Source: a virus (lineage: Duplodnaviria; Caudoviricetes). Taken from it: a stretch of 49,448 nucleotides of DNA. Location: IMG/VR virus record IMGVR_UViG_3300043473_000195, positions 1 through 49,448 of that record. One strand, 5' to 3'. The first letter of the stretch is position 1. Every line of letters starts with the position of its first letter. The notes below the pieces were generated by a model. That model did not search any database. It was not told the DNA's origin and worked only from the letters and a program-made list of their open reading frames with translations. Below, one piece after another: positions 17,274 to 27,466 of this stretch. A program made the position numbers and the translations under genes.

Positions 17274-17507
17274 ATGGATCGCCCCCCGTTCGACCCGATC
17301 CGCGCCAGCTTCTGGCTGATCGCGGCGATCTTGGGCGTGCAGTGCCTGATCGCTCTAATGAGCGCCGTCACCTGCATCTATTGGACTGCATCTATCGTCG
17401 AAGGCCATGCAACCTGCGAACCAGTGATGAACCGCCTGAGCGAGCTTCTGATGGGCGCACTGGCGGCAGCGCTGGCGTTCTCAAAGGGGTATGATCGAAA
17501 GCCATGA
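17274..17507 (+). CDS. two-TM membrane protein (holin-like size)
   Basis: two hydrophobic segments, charged C-terminus. Confidence 0.5.
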   Translation: MDRPPFDPIRASFWLIAAILGVQCLIALMSAVTCIYWTASIVEGHATCEPVMNRLSELLMGALAAALAFSKGYDRKP

Positions 17508-17983
17508 CCCTACCGCTCGATTTTCCTCCGACCCCCATCGTGGGCCAGAAGTACACCGCACCAAACGGCGCGGTCTACGAGTGGGACGGCGTTGCGTGGA
17601 CGGTCGGTTACTACGACAGCAACACCCAGCAGCTGGTGACGATGGGCGACATCCTCCAGCAGGTGCGGACGCTCCTGCAGGACGTCGACCGCCGGTCGGG
17701 GCAGTATCGCTACTCGACCGACAGCATCGTGACCAACCTCAATCAGGGTATGAGCGACCTGTTCAGGATCCGGCCCGATCTGTTTCTGGAAACTGGATTT
17801 AAGATCCCGACCTTCGTTGTCGATCAGCTGTCCGCGCCGATCCCTATCGAGGCGCAGTACCATTCACCGGTCATCATGTACATCGTCGCTCTCACGCAGG
17901 CCCGTGACGACGAGCAAACGCAGGATGCCCGAGCCGGGGTGTTCTTCAACACCTTCAAGGCCCAAGTCCTCACGGTGAACTGA
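17504..17983 (+). CDS. head-tail adaptor-like protein with N-terminal fibre module
   Basis: GDILQQVRTLLQD..YRYSTDSIVTNLNQG..RPDLF adaptor-like core; LDFPPTP..YTAPNGAVYEWDG N-terminus. Confidence 0.6.
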   Translation: MTLPLDFPPTPIVGQKYTAPNGAVYEWDGVAWTVGYYDSNTQQLVTMGDILQQVRTLLQDVDRRSGQYRYSTDSIVTNLNQGMSDLFRIRPDLFLETGFKIPTFVVDQLSAPIPIEAQYHSPVIMYIVALTQARDDEQTQDARAGVFFNTFKAQVLTVN

Positions 17984-17984
17984 C

Positions 17985-18638
17985 ATGCCCAGCCCGACCT
18001 CTCCGAGCCCGTGGCAGCGTCTCTACAACGACATCAAGATCTCGGTGCCCGGTGTGACCGACGCTGTGCTGCAGCAGGAACTGTTTCGCTGCGCCAAGGA
18101 CTTCTTCGAGCAGACCAACATCTGGCAGGAAGAGATCCCGATCCCGGTGCAGCCGCAGGTCCTGTCGTACCCGTTTACCATCGCTGGTAAAGGCTCGATC
18201 AAGCGGTTGCTTCTACTTTACGATCCCGCCACAGCTTCGCCTGACAGGCGATGGGTGCAGGGCGGCATCACGTTGAAACTGCCGAGCACGATTATGCTGG
18301 CGAACTCGCCGTCGAGTGCGACGAACTGGATTGCGGTGGTGACCAAAACGATCACCGACCCGGTCGATGCGACGACGAACTACCCGGAGATCGACCCGAC
18401 CTACGAGTGGGTGCTCGATAATTACCGCGACGCGTTCTACTACGGCACGCTGGCGCGCATCCAGATGCAGCCCAACAAGCCGTACTCGAACCTCAAGAGC
18501 GCGGCCTACAACAACCAGAACTACATCGTGCTGCGGGGGCGGGCACGGGCCGAGGCGCTGCACGGCAACGTGTATGGCGGCCAGCGTTGGATGTTCCCGC
18601 AGACGCACGCCACGACGTCGCGGAAAGGCTGGAACTGA
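17985..18638 (+). CDS. adaptor / tail tubular protein A-like
   Basis: VPGVTD..ELFRCAKDFFEQTNIW..YGTLARIQMQPNKPYSN; position. Confidence 0.6.
   Translation: MPSPTSPSPWQRLYNDIKISVPGVTDAVLQQELFRCAKDFFEQTNIWQEEIPIPVQPQVLSYPFTIAGKGSIKRLLLLYDPATASPDRRWVQGGITLKLPSTIMLANSPSSATNWIAVVTKTITDPVDATTNYPEIDPTYEWVLDNYRDAFYYGTLARIQMQPNKPYSNLKSAAYNNQNYIVLRGRARAEALHGNVYGGQRWMFPQTHATTSRKGWN
18175..18190. repeat. palindrome B (intragenic)
   Basis: TTACCATCGCTGGTAA, read as F-T-I-A-G-K. Confidence 0.85.
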
Positions 18639-19453
18639 TGCCCCACGTCAAACACAAGTTTACGAGCGCCAAGGCCGACGGCATCGACAGCACGCTCGTC
18701 AAGCCGTCGAACTGGAACGCCGAGCACGATCTCACCCTCGATACGCCATCGGTTCTCGGCGCCAAGGTCGCCGGTCCTGCAGTCGAGTTGCCGTTGGTCA
18801 CTGCTGGATCGGGCGACGACGGCTCGATCTGGACCAAGCAGGCGATCATCGACGCGATTGCCGCCGCTATCGCGGCGCTACCGGCGGCGTCGGTCGGGAC
18901 TGGTGACGTCACGTTCTCGATGGCCGATGCCAAGCCGGGATGGCTGTTCCTCAATGGCCAGACCATCGGCAACGTCGGTTCGAGCGCAGCGTTCGCCAAC
19001 GCCAGCGCGCAGGCGCTGTTTACGATGTTCTGGAACACCATTGGTGGTCGGCAGTGGCCGATCCAGAACCCCGATGGTACGCCCGGTGCCAAGGGCGCGA
19101 CCGCCGACGCTGACTGGATTGCGCTCAAAAAGATCGCGTTGCCCGACGGACGTGGCCGCACGTTCGCCGTACCCGACAACGGCGCGGGTGTACTCAACCT
19201 TCAATTCACTGGCGATCCCATTGGCGAGCAGACGCACTCGTTGAACCAAGGCGAGATGCCCAACCACCAACATGCTATTCCGATTTTCAACAACGGCATC
19301 GGCGGTGGCGGCGGTGGCGCATCGGTGTGGGCTGGTACTGTTGGTATTGCGACCCAGACGACAGGCGGCGACGGAAGTCCGATCCCCGGTCCCGGTCTCG
19401 CTCACAACAATGTCCAGCCGACGCTGGGCATGAACGCCTTCATCAAGCTCTAG
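18638..19453 (+). CDS. tail fibre protein with tail-collar domain
   Basis: VKPSNWNAEH N-terminus; GWLFLNGQTIG, LPDGRGR, GEQTHSL..EMPNHQH, AHNNVQPT..NAFIKL collar motifs. Confidence 0.8.
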   Translation: MPHVKHKFTSAKADGIDSTLVKPSNWNAEHDLTLDTPSVLGAKVAGPAVELPLVTAGSGDDGSIWTKQAIIDAIAAAIAALPAASVGTGDVTFSMADAKPGWLFLNGQTIGNVGSSAAFANASAQALFTMFWNTIGGRQWPIQNPDGTPGAKGATADADWIALKKIALPDGRGRTFAVPDNGAGVLNLQFTGDPIGEQTHSLNQGEMPNHQHAIPIFNNGIGGGGGGASVWAGTVGIATQTTGGDGSPIPGPGLAHNNVQPTLGMNAFIKL

Positions 19454-19460
19454 GAGGATC

Positions 19461-19610
19461 ATGGACGACGAACCGAAACTGAGCGCCAAGACATTGGCCG
19501 AGATGGAGGCGGGTCGTCGTGCGCTTGCAGCCAAGCAGTCAACGATGCCATCACCTCCACCTGAACCCGAACTTCCACCCGAAAAGAAATCCAAGAAGGC
19601 CAAGAGCTAG
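19461..19610 (+). CDS. small hypothetical protein
   Basis: AGGAGG RBS; MDDEPKLSAKTLAEMEAGRRAL...KKSKKAKS. Confidence 0.6.
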   Translation: MDDEPKLSAKTLAEMEAGRRALAAKQSTMPSPPPEPELPPEKKSKKAKS

Positions 19611-21371
19611 ATGGTCGACCCGATCAAGATCGAGAAATTTGGGGGCATGGTCCCGGCAATCGACGACCGTCTTTTGCCGACGAGCAACGCTGCTCATGCC
19701 GTCGATGCTTGGTTGTTTTCGGGCAACATCGAACCGATCCGTTCCTTAATCCCGCTCCATACCGCGCTGCCGACGACGCGCAGCTGGTTCCGTCTGCCCA
19801 AGGCCAGTCCCAGCGTCGACAACATGATCGACAGCGACTGGCTGGAGTTCGAGAACCAGAACGTCCGCGTGATCCGCTCGCCCGTGTCTGGGCAGGACGA
19901 CGACGGTCGCTACTACTGGGCCGACGGCGTCTACCCCAAGATGATCACCGGCACTAAGATCAGGGCGCACTCGCCGCCGCTGGCGCTCGGTGTGCCCGCG
20001 CCCGACGTCGCGCCGGGGGTCACGTCGAGCGGCGGCGTCTCGACGATCAACGACACGCGCGGCTATGTCTATACGTGGGTCACGGCGCAGGGCGAGGAGG
20101 GACCACCATCGCCGCCGACGGTGCACACCGGCAAGCAGGACGACACGTGGCACATCACGATGACGGCGCCTGCGCCCGACGATCTCCTCAACCGGGAACT
20201 CACCCACACCCGCATTTACCGGACGGTTGTCAGCACGCAGGGCATCGCGACGTTCTACTTCGTCGACGAGGTGCCCATCGCGACGCTGGCTTACGATGAC
20301 GTCATCACCGACGTGCAGGCGGTCAACAACGGCCAGCTGCTGACGCTCAACTGGACGATGCCGCCGTTCGACCTGCAGGGCCTCGTGTCGATGCCCAATG
20401 GCATGGTGGCCGGGTGGCGACACAACGAGGTCTGGTTCTGCGAACCCTACCAGCCGCACGCGTGGCCGGTGCAGTACGTCATCGCGGTGCCCAACGAGAT
20501 CGTCGGCCTCGGTGTGCACGGCCAGTCGCTGATCATCCTGACGCAGGGCCAGCCCTACTCCGCGACCGGCGTCGATCCACAGTCGATGGCGCTGGCGATC
20601 ATCCAGCCGCTGGAGCCCTGCACCTCGCGGCTGTCCATCGTCAACACGCCCAACGGCGTGCTCTATTGTTCGCCCAACGGCCTGATCAACATCACCGCTG
20701 CCGGTGCGACCAACATCACGCTGCAGCGCATGCTCAAGGACCAGTGGGACAAGATCGTCCATCTCGACACCTTGGCGGCGTCGATCATCCAGATGGGCTA
20801 CTACGGCTACTCGCTCAGTCAGACCGGCGTGTTCCAGAGCGACACGTTCCAGATCGACGCGTTCCAGCAGGAGAGCCACTTCGGCACGCGACCGGGGATC
20901 TACAATTCCCTCGTCGACGACCGCGTCGGCGTGACCCAGCTGATGCCCAACCCGACCGAAGTCCAGAACGTCATCACCGATATTTTCAACGCCGAGACGA
21001 TGATCATGCGCGATGGCGTGATCTATCTCGTCGACATTCGCCAGTTCGCGCCCTACGCGCCCTACACGTGGCGTTCGAAGATCTTCGCCTACGACTATGT
21101 CGTGAATTTGGGGGCCGCCAAAATCTACTGGACGCCGCCGTTCGACAATACGTTCACCAAGGGCAAGTTCCGGGTCTACGCGGGCAGCGAGCCCAACATG
21201 GTGACCGACGGTCTGCCGCTGCGCTTCGAACAGGATCTCGATGTGCCCGGTCAGATGTACCGCCTGCCGTCCGGCTTCAAGGCGCTGTACTGGCAGTTCG
21301 AGGTGACAGGCTTCGCGATCATCAACTCGATCCACGCCGCGCAGGCGGCGCGCGATCTCAGGCACGTCTGA
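19611..21371 (+). CDS. tail nozzle / DNA stabilization protein (tail tubular B-like)
   Basis: FGGMVPAIDDRLLP, YVYTWVT..GEEGPPSPP, WFCEPYQPHAWP, RLPSGFKA..WQFEV. Confidence 0.75.
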   Translation: MVDPIKIEKFGGMVPAIDDRLLPTSNAAHAVDAWLFSGNIEPIRSLIPLHTALPTTRSWFRLPKASPSVDNMIDSDWLEFENQNVRVIRSPVSGQDDDGRYYWADGVYPKMITGTKIRAHSPPLALGVPAPDVAPGVTSSGGVSTINDTRGYVYTWVTAQGEEGPPSPPTVHTGKQDDTWHITMTAPAPDDLLNRELTHTRIYRTVVSTQGIATFYFVDEVPIATLAYDDVITDVQAVNNGQLLTLNWTMPPFDLQGLVSMPNGMVAGWRHNEVWFCEPYQPHAWPVQYVIAVPNEIVGLGVHGQSLIILTQGQPYSATGVDPQSMALAIIQPLEPCTSRLSIVNTPNGVLYCSPNGLINITAAGATNITLQRMLKDQWDKIVHLDTLAASIIQMGYYGYSLSQTGVFQSDTFQIDAFQQESHFGTRPGIYNSLVDDRVGVTQLMPNPTEVQNVITDIFNAETMIMRDGVIYLVDIRQFAPYAPYTWRSKIFAYDYVVNLGAAKIYWTPPFDNTFTKGKFRVYAGSEPNMVTDGLPLRFEQDLDVPGQMYRLPSGFKALYWQFEVTGFAIINSIHAAQAARDLRHV

Positions 21372-21721
21372 TGCAGACCCCCAAGTTCCCCTCGATCCCG
21401 GTCCCCGACGCTGAGGTCAAGTCTCTGCGCGAGAGCGTGATGACGCTCAAGAAGTGCGTCGACATGCTGACCGGCAGCGATGGTCTGTCGCGCGACGGCG
21501 TCGGCGCCGACCGCTTCGCGCCGCACGTGTTCATCACGCCCGATCTGCCGACGGCGCTGCATGACGGTGACCTCTGGCTCTGCACGGGCGTGACGTGGAC
21601 GTTCAATATCTGGGACGGCACCGACTGGATCCTCCTGCTCACTGTGCCGTCCAATCTGATCCCGGTGCGCGCCTATCGTGCTCGGCCCGATCTCGACCGT
21701 CGTCGTAGGGTGTTGCCGTGA
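21371..21721 (+). CDS. tail-associated protein with GDLW module
   Basis: TGATG coupling; PSIPVP..LKKCVDMLTG..HDGDLWL..WDGTDW. Confidence 0.6.
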   Translation: MQTPKFPSIPVPDAEVKSLRESVMTLKKCVDMLTGSDGLSRDGVGADRFAPHVFITPDLPTALHDGDLWLCTGVTWTFNIWDGTDWILLLTVPSNLIPVRAYRARPDLDRRRRVLP

Positions 21722-22170
21722 TCTGGCTGAACGACATTGACCACGGCAGGCAGATCGCCCACGCGGCGGGCACTGGCTACGACACCGAGCGCGACCGGGT
21801 GATCAGCCGGATTACCAGCGACGGTAACCTGATGGGTGGGTTTGTTTTCACCAACTTCAGTCAAGTGGCCATACAGGTTCACATGGCGGGTTTTATACCG
21901 AATTGGTGTTCGCCGACGTTGCTGGTGGTCGTTTTCGAGTATGTGTTCAACCAGCTGAAAGTCGACAAGCTGATCGCGCCCGTGCCGTCGACCAACATCG
22001 CGGCGCTCGAACAGGACAAGCGTGCTGGTTTTGTCGAAATGGCGCGGCTCCCCGGCTTGGTGCTCGACGGCGATATGATCGTCCTTTCGATGTCGCGCGA
22101 GCAGTGTCGATGGCTTAAACTCGTCGGGCGCTACCTGAAGGCCGCGCCTTCACAGGAGTTGGCGGCATGA
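21718..22170 (+). CDS. GNAT-like acetyltransferase (tail-ejection junction gene)
   Basis: FEYVFNQLKV..VPSTNIAAL..AGFVE..GDMIVLSM; canonical position before ejection proteins. Confidence 0.75.
   Translation: MIWLNDIDHGRQIAHAAGTGYDTERDRVISRITSDGNLMGGFVFTNFSQVAIQVHMAGFIPNWCSPTLLVVVFEYVFNQLKVDKLIAPVPSTNIAALEQDKRAGFVEMARLPGLVLDGDMIVLSMSREQCRWLKLVGRYLKAAPSQELAA
21812..21827. repeat. palindrome B (intragenic)
   Basis: TTACCAGCGACGGTAA, read as I-T-S-D-G-N. Confidence 0.85.
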
Positions 22171-23489
22171 ACTTTTTCGAGCACCACCTCACCGATCCGT
22201 GGGCGCCTCACCCGGTAGTGAACTCGCGCAATATCTGCAGCGGTGGCGGTGGCGGTGGCGGCACGCCGCAGCCGCCCGACATGTCGGGCTACATCGCCGA
22301 GATGTCCAAGATCGGTGCGCGCGGTCAGGAGCGCTCGACCGAACTCTACGACTGGGCCAAGGAGCACGGCGTCCAACTCGACCAGCTGGGCAAGGCGGTC
22401 TCCGAGCGCGCGGGCACGATGGCCGACAGCAGCGCCGAGCGCGGCGAGCGGCTGATGGCGAACTGGGAGAAGACCTACCAGCCGCTCTACGACGCGCAGG
22501 CCGCCGACGCCTCGCGCATGATTTCGAACCTGCCGGGGACCGAGGAGAAGTACGCGGGCAAGTATGCCGCCGACACGGCGCAGGCGTTCGACGCCGCCAA
22601 GTCCCAGCAGCAGCGTCAGCTGCAGTCCTATGGTTTGAAGGCGCCCAGCATCGGCTCGGCGGCGCTCGACCAGACGGCGGCCAACCAGCGCGCGGCGGCG
22701 ACTGTCGCGGCCAACGAGAGCGGACGTCTGGCGGCGCGCAGCGAGGCGCGCGGCGTCACCCAGAACGCGCTGCAATCGGGCCTCGCCCTGCCGCAAGTGG
22801 GCGGCCAGAGTTCCAACCTCGCGTTGGCGGCGGGCAACCAGCAGATCAACGCGCCCGAGAGCGCCATCTCGACCACGGCGGGGGCGATGCAGCCGGGGCT
22901 CGGCTACTACAGCGCGGCGTTGCCCTACATGAAGACGTGGGGCGACACGATGCAGAAGTCCTACGAACAGCAGCTTGCCGCCTCCAAGCAGTCCGAGGAC
23001 AGCGGCGGCGGTTTCGGCGCGATCCTCGGCACCGGCCTCGGCATCGCCGGGTCGGTCGCGGGTTCCTACTTCGGCGGTCCGATGGGCGCGTCCATCGGCG
23101 GCAAGCTCGGCAGCATGGCGGGCAGCGCGGCGGGCAGCGGCAGTCTGTTCGCCGAGGGCGGTCAGGTCGAGGGCGGCGACAACTTCGTCGATCCCGGCAT
23201 GTCGCCGTCGGAGGGCGCGATCACCGACGATGTTCCTGCCCGTCTCAACGCGGGCGAGTTCGTGTTCCCCAAGGACGTCGTGGCGTGGCGCGGCGAGCAG
23301 TGGGCGCACAAGGAGATCATGAAGGCCCGACAGGAGCGCGAGAAGGTCACCCAGCAGTCGGGTGCCGAGCCCGAGATGGGACCGCCCGAGGGCAGTCAGG
23401 AGATGGCCGCCGACGAGATGGCGCGCGGCGGCGCGATCCACACCATGCCGCCGACCCCGGCGTTCGTGTCTGAAGGAGCGCGGGCATGA
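22167..23489 (+). CDS. internal virion / ejection (pilot) protein
   Basis: Ala/Gln helical body, glycine-zipper TM segment, FAEGG...DDVPARLNAGEFV motif. Confidence 0.7.
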   Translation: MNFFEHHLTDPWAPHPVVNSRNICSGGGGGGGTPQPPDMSGYIAEMSKIGARGQERSTELYDWAKEHGVQLDQLGKAVSERAGTMADSSAERGERLMANWEKTYQPLYDAQAADASRMISNLPGTEEKYAGKYAADTAQAFDAAKSQQQRQLQSYGLKAPSIGSAALDQTAANQRAAATVAANESGRLAARSEARGVTQNALQSGLALPQVGGQSSNLALAAGNQQINAPESAISTTAGAMQPGLGYYSAALPYMKTWGDTMQKSYEQQLAASKQSEDSGGGFGAILGTGLGIAGSVAGSYFGGPMGASIGGKLGSMAGSAAGSGSLFAEGGQVEGGDNFVDPGMSPSEGAITDDVPARLNAGEFVFPKDVVAWRGEQWAHKEIMKARQEREKVTQQSGAEPEMGPPEGSQEMAADEMARGGAIHTMPPTPAFVSEGARA

Positions 23490-26400
23490 GCAAGGACCTC
23501 GAAAACATCGCCAAGTACTTCCTGCTGTCCAAGCAGAGCTTCGACCAGAACTTCGACAAGGCGCAGGCGCGCAAGGACGCGATGGCTCGTGCCCAGCTGA
23601 GGTACGAGACCGACATGGCGCGCAACAAGAGCGCCGACGCCAAGACCCAACAGTGGATCCGCCAGTCCGAAGCCTACATGAACTACCTCAACCGCAAGGG
23701 CTCGGGCGGCGGCAAGGGCGGTTCGACGTCGGCTCCCAGTGGTGCGCCCGCCGAGTTTCTTGCCAAGCTGCACGCGGCGGGGATCGACGTGCCCGACATG
23801 AGCGCGCCGGTCGGCGGTCAACAGGGTCAGATCACGGTCAACGTGCCCGAGCCGCTGGCGGCCCCTCCGGGCGAGCCCCCTGCCGACTACTCCGGTCCCG
23901 GTGCTGGCACCGAGATCGACGCGCGTGGCGGCATGGTCGGCTCGCGCCGTTACCAGAACGGCGGGGCCATCGACATGCTGCCACCCGGCGGCACCAACGG
24001 ACCGGGCAGCGGGTTTGGCGTGCGCGCCGCGCCCCCGGCCTACGGCGACGGCGGATTTATCAAGGGGCTGGCGGGCGGCGTCGCCGCTGGCTTCAGCGGC
24101 TTCAAGGGTGCCTACGACAAGGCGCAGGACAAGGAGTTCTACCGAAACCTGCCGATGAACAAGCCGCAGCCGACGGTCACGCGTACTTCATCGACGCCGG
24201 TCGACCTGACGCAGCCTTCCAACCCGGTCCCCACGGGCGAGACCTATCGCCGTGGCGGCGCCGTGCGCCGGTTCGATGCCGGTGGCAGCGCCGACAATGA
24301 CCGCCTGCTGCAGGGCAAGACCGGTGCGCCGACCACCGACTTCAGGGCGGGCCGTGGCCGCGCCATGGTCGGCGGCATGTACAACCCCATCGACCGGACG
24401 GTGCAGGCCGAGGCGGGCTATGAGCACCCGGTCGGTCGCAACGCCACGCTCGGCATACAGGGCGACTTCAACAAGTACGTCGGACCGGGCGGCGACCAGT
24501 CCAAGCCGGACTGGGGCGTCGGCGTGCGCGGTCGCATCAAGTTCCAGCAGGGCGGCGCGGTGCGCCGGTTCGCGGGCGGCGGTGTGTTCCCGGCGACCAG
24601 CGACGAGGAGCGCGCCCAGATCGCCCGCGAGGAGGAGGCCAAGCGCGCCGCCTTCGCCGAGCGTCGGCGCAGGCTGGGCATCACCAGCGTGCCCGAGAAC
24701 CCCATCGTGGCGTTCCCGCCGACCAGCCCGGAGGCTCGCCAGCAGGCGGTCGAGAGCCAAGGCCAGCAGATCCCGGTGCCCGAGCGCGGCATCAACCTGT
24801 TCCCGCCGACCAGCCAAGAGGGTCGCGACAAGATGGTGGCCGAGGACTTGGCCAATCGTGAGGCGACCGCCGACCGGCGTGCGATCCGTGCGGGCCAGCC
24901 GTCGCAACAGGCCGAGCGCGACCCCGGCGAGACCGGTGGCTTCCCCTATATACCGGACAAGCCTGCTCGCGATCCCGGCGAGACCGGTGGTTTCCCAGAC
25001 GTCGATCCGCGTGGCCAAGGTGCTGCTCCACCGATCCAAGGGACGGGCGACGAGGCGGGCTTCCGACCGGGACCGCTGCCCAAGGGCAAGGGCGGTGGCG
25101 GTGGGCGCGGCGGCGCGATTAACACTGGCTGGAAGCCACTGCGCGACAAGACCCGCACCGAGGCGTTCGACTACGAGAAGGACTTCCTCGACAAGGACAA
25201 CATCCACGCGACCGACCGCTGGGGCCGTTCCCGTGCGGTGCAGGGCGGCGGTGCGCCTGTGGCGGGAGGACGCGCCATCGACAAGTCCGGTGGACCGATG
25301 GGCGGGCAGGGTCTGAACCCGCAAGGTTCAGGCGGACCCGACGCGGGCATGTCGACCAACAACGCGGCCAACGACCACGCGGCGCGCACGGGTGCGGCGA
25401 ACTACGCCGAGCACATGTTCCACCTCGGCCAGCCCGACCGGAACTCGGCCAAGGGCTACGACGCGCTGCTCAAGGGCGTCGGCGCTGCGACCCCGCAGGA
25501 GATGGATGCGATCCGCAAGTCCATCGACCCCGAAGGCAAGATGCCGCTCAACCAGTTCATGACGGCGGCGCAGCAGCACGCGCACGATTTCTACATGCAG
25601 GCGGGCGACAAGGCGAAGGCCGACAAGGTGGCGTTCGAGATTGCCCAGTTCGGCAACGTGATGGCCAAGCAGCACGGCGCGGCTGCGCTGCAGGCGGCAC
25701 AGAAGGGCGACATGAACGGCGCCATCCACGAGGTGGTTGCCGGTTACAACTGGGTGCCCAATGGACATACGGTCAACATTGCCCCGGATGGCAAGACCGT
25801 CGTGATCGAGGGGCCGGACGGCAAGATCGCCCAGCAAATCCCGGTCAGCCCGCAACTGGTCCAGCAGATCGCGACCGGCATGCAGTCCGGTCACTTTAAC
25901 TGGGACGTCATGAACGGGCAGGGCGGCGTGCCGTCTCCTTCCCTGAATGGCGGCGCACCCGGCGGCGGTCAGCCCGGTGCAGGTTTACCAGCACCGGTAA
26001 GTCCTGCAGCGGCGCCGCCGGGGACGAGCCAGTCCCCGGCCCAGCCTCCAGCGGTCCCGGCTGGGCCTACCGCCCCACCCCCGACCGCGACATCTCCTGC
26101 TCCTCCCGCTCCTCCGGGTGGCGGTGCGATCACTGCCGCGCCGCCGCCTGCGCTCACGCCCGGTGCGACGCCGCCCGTTGTTCCGCCTGTGGCCAAGCCG
26201 CCTGCGACACCTCCTGCTACGCCGCCCGCGACACCTCCTGCGGGAGGCGGTCCCGCGCCGTTGCAGGGGCCGGTGCAGCCGTCGACGACCAAGCGCCCCA
26301 TCGTCGAGAGCGAGCCCACGCCTACTCCGGTGGTCGAGACCAAGCCGCCGACTGGTGGGACCGAGACCAAGACGGAGACCAAAACCGAGCCGACCAAGAC

Positions 26401-27463
26401 CGAGGGCAAGCCCGACGACAACGAGGTGCTGGTCAGCAACCGGACGGGCAACAAGTACACCCGAAAGGAGGTCGCGGAGTTGTCCAAGATCGACCCCGAT
26501 CCCGACCGGGCGAAGGGCTTCAGGGACAACCCCAACTACGTCGACACCAGCAACGTCGTGCGGCGTGCGTCACGCGACGTCGATCCTGTGCCTCAAAAGA
26601 ACATCGTCGCCGAGCGGCAGAAGATCGCCGACGACTACGCCAAGAAAGTCGCGAAGGTGAACGAGATCGGCTCGACGACGCTGGGCAAGGGTCAGACGAC
26701 TTGGCTCAACAAGCAGATCGACTTCCTGCGGCAGCAGCGCGACCAGAAGTACAAGGAACTGGAGGCGGTCGCGAAGGAGCAGAAGGAAGATCTTCGTGCG
26801 CTCAACCGCACCGAGGAGGCGGGCATCAAGAAGCGCGAGGCCGACAGCGAGTACCAGACCGGTGCGGTTGACGGGAAGTTCAAGACGATGGGCGAGCAGG
26901 CCTACAACGACTACAAGAAGTTCGACGTCCAGAAGGAAGTCGGCAAGCTGGTGGTCGACCCGCGTACCCGGCTCGACAAGAAGTTCACCGACGTCCACAT
27001 GTCGCCGCTGCGCTTCATGGACACCCCGGAAAAGCGCGAGCAGTTCAACGACATCGCTCGTCAGATCTGGCTGCACAACGGGCCGGACATGAACCCCCGT
27101 GAGGCGTTCGAGCAGGCGGTGCGGCTGACCTCCATCGTTGGCGAGAAGCAGACCGGCTACAACACGCACAAGGGCAAGGATGGCCGTCACTTCAGGGGCC
27201 ACGGCGTCGATCCTCTCGGCGGCATCGTTCTCCAGAACGAGGCACACGAGAACATCCACGTGCCCAAGCAGACCTACCAGCGGATCCAGAACATGCTGCT
27301 GCACAGCTGGGACGCCCACGAGGAAGAGATGAAAAAAGCCAAGGCGGACGAGGACCGCTACAAGGCGCGCACCGGCACCTTGGGCGGGCGGCTGCTGGAA
27401 GGCGTCGGCATCACCGGCACGCCGCCGACGCAGGGCAACATCCCGTACCAGACGGGACGCTAG
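23486..27463 (+). CDS. large internal virion / ejection protein (1325 aa)
   Basis: ATGA coupling; low-complexity Gly/Pro segments; repeated [FY]xxGGx[VI] motifs; position. Confidence 0.65.
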   Translation: MSKDLENIAKYFLLSKQSFDQNFDKAQARKDAMARAQLRYETDMARNKSADAKTQQWIRQSEAYMNYLNRKGSGGGKGGSTSAPSGAPAEFLAKLHAAGIDVPDMSAPVGGQQGQITVNVPEPLAAPPGEPPADYSGPGAGTEIDARGGMVGSRRYQNGGAIDMLPPGGTNGPGSGFGVRAAPPAYGDGGFIKGLAGGVAAGFSGFKGAYDKAQDKEFYRNLPMNKPQPTVTRTSSTPVDLTQPSNPVPTGETYRRGGAVRRFDAGGSADNDRLLQGKTGAPTTDFRAGRGRAMVGGMYNPIDRTVQAEAGYEHPVGRNATLGIQGDFNKYVGPGGDQSKPDWGVGVRGRIKFQQGGAVRRFAGGGVFPATSDEERAQIAREEEAKRAAFAERRRRLGITSVPENPIVAFPPTSPEARQQAVESQGQQIPVPERGINLFPPTSQEGRDKMVAEDLANREATADRRAIRAGQPSQQAERDPGETGGFPYIPDKPARDPGETGGFPDVDPRGQGAAPPIQGTGDEAGFRPGPLPKGKGGGGGRGGAINTGWKPLRDKTRTEAFDYEKDFLDKDNIHATDRWGRSRAVQGGGAPVAGGRAIDKSGGPMGGQGLNPQGSGGPDAGMSTNNAANDHAARTGAANYAEHMFHLGQPDRNSAKGYDALLKGVGAATPQEMDAIRKSIDPEGKMPLNQFMTAAQQHAHDFYMQAGDKAKADKVAFEIAQFGNVMAKQHGAAALQAAQKGDMNGAIHEVVAGYNWVPNGHTVNIAPDGKTVVIEGPDGKIAQQIPVSPQLVQQIATGMQSGHFNWDVMNGQGGVPSPSLNGGAPGGGQPGAGLPAPVSPAAAPPGTSQSPAQPPAVPAGPTAPPPTATSPAPPAPPGGGAITAAPPPALTPGATPPVVPPVAKPPATPPATPPATPPAGGGPAPLQGPVQPSTTKRPIVESEPTPTPVVETKPPTGGTETKTETKTEPTKTEGKPDDNEVLVSNRTGNKYTRKEVAELSKIDPDPDRAKGFRDNPNYVDTSNVVRRASRDVDPVPQKNIVAERQKIADDYAKKVAKVNEIGSTTLGKGQTTWLNKQIDFLRQQRDQKYKELEAVAKEQKEDLRALNRTEEAGIKKREADSEYQTGAVDGKFKTMGEQAYNDYKKFDVQKEVGKLVVDPRTRLDKKFTDVHMSPLRFMDTPEKREQFNDIARQIWLHNGPDMNPREAFEQAVRLTSIVGEKQTGYNTHKGKDGRHFRGHGVDPLGGIVLQNEAHENIHVPKQTYQRIQNMLLHSWDAHEEEMKKAKADEDRYKARTGTLGGRLLEGVGITGTPPTQGNIPYQTGR
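25985..26000. repeat. palindrome B (intragenic)
   Basis: TTACCAGCACCGGTAA, read as L-P-A-P-V with rare codons TTA CCA GCA GTA. Confidence 0.85.
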
Positions 27464-27466
27464 GTC

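Noticed and set aside
17274-17507. Firm holin call
   Set aside because: Size and TM pattern fit, but there is no adjacent endolysin or family motif.
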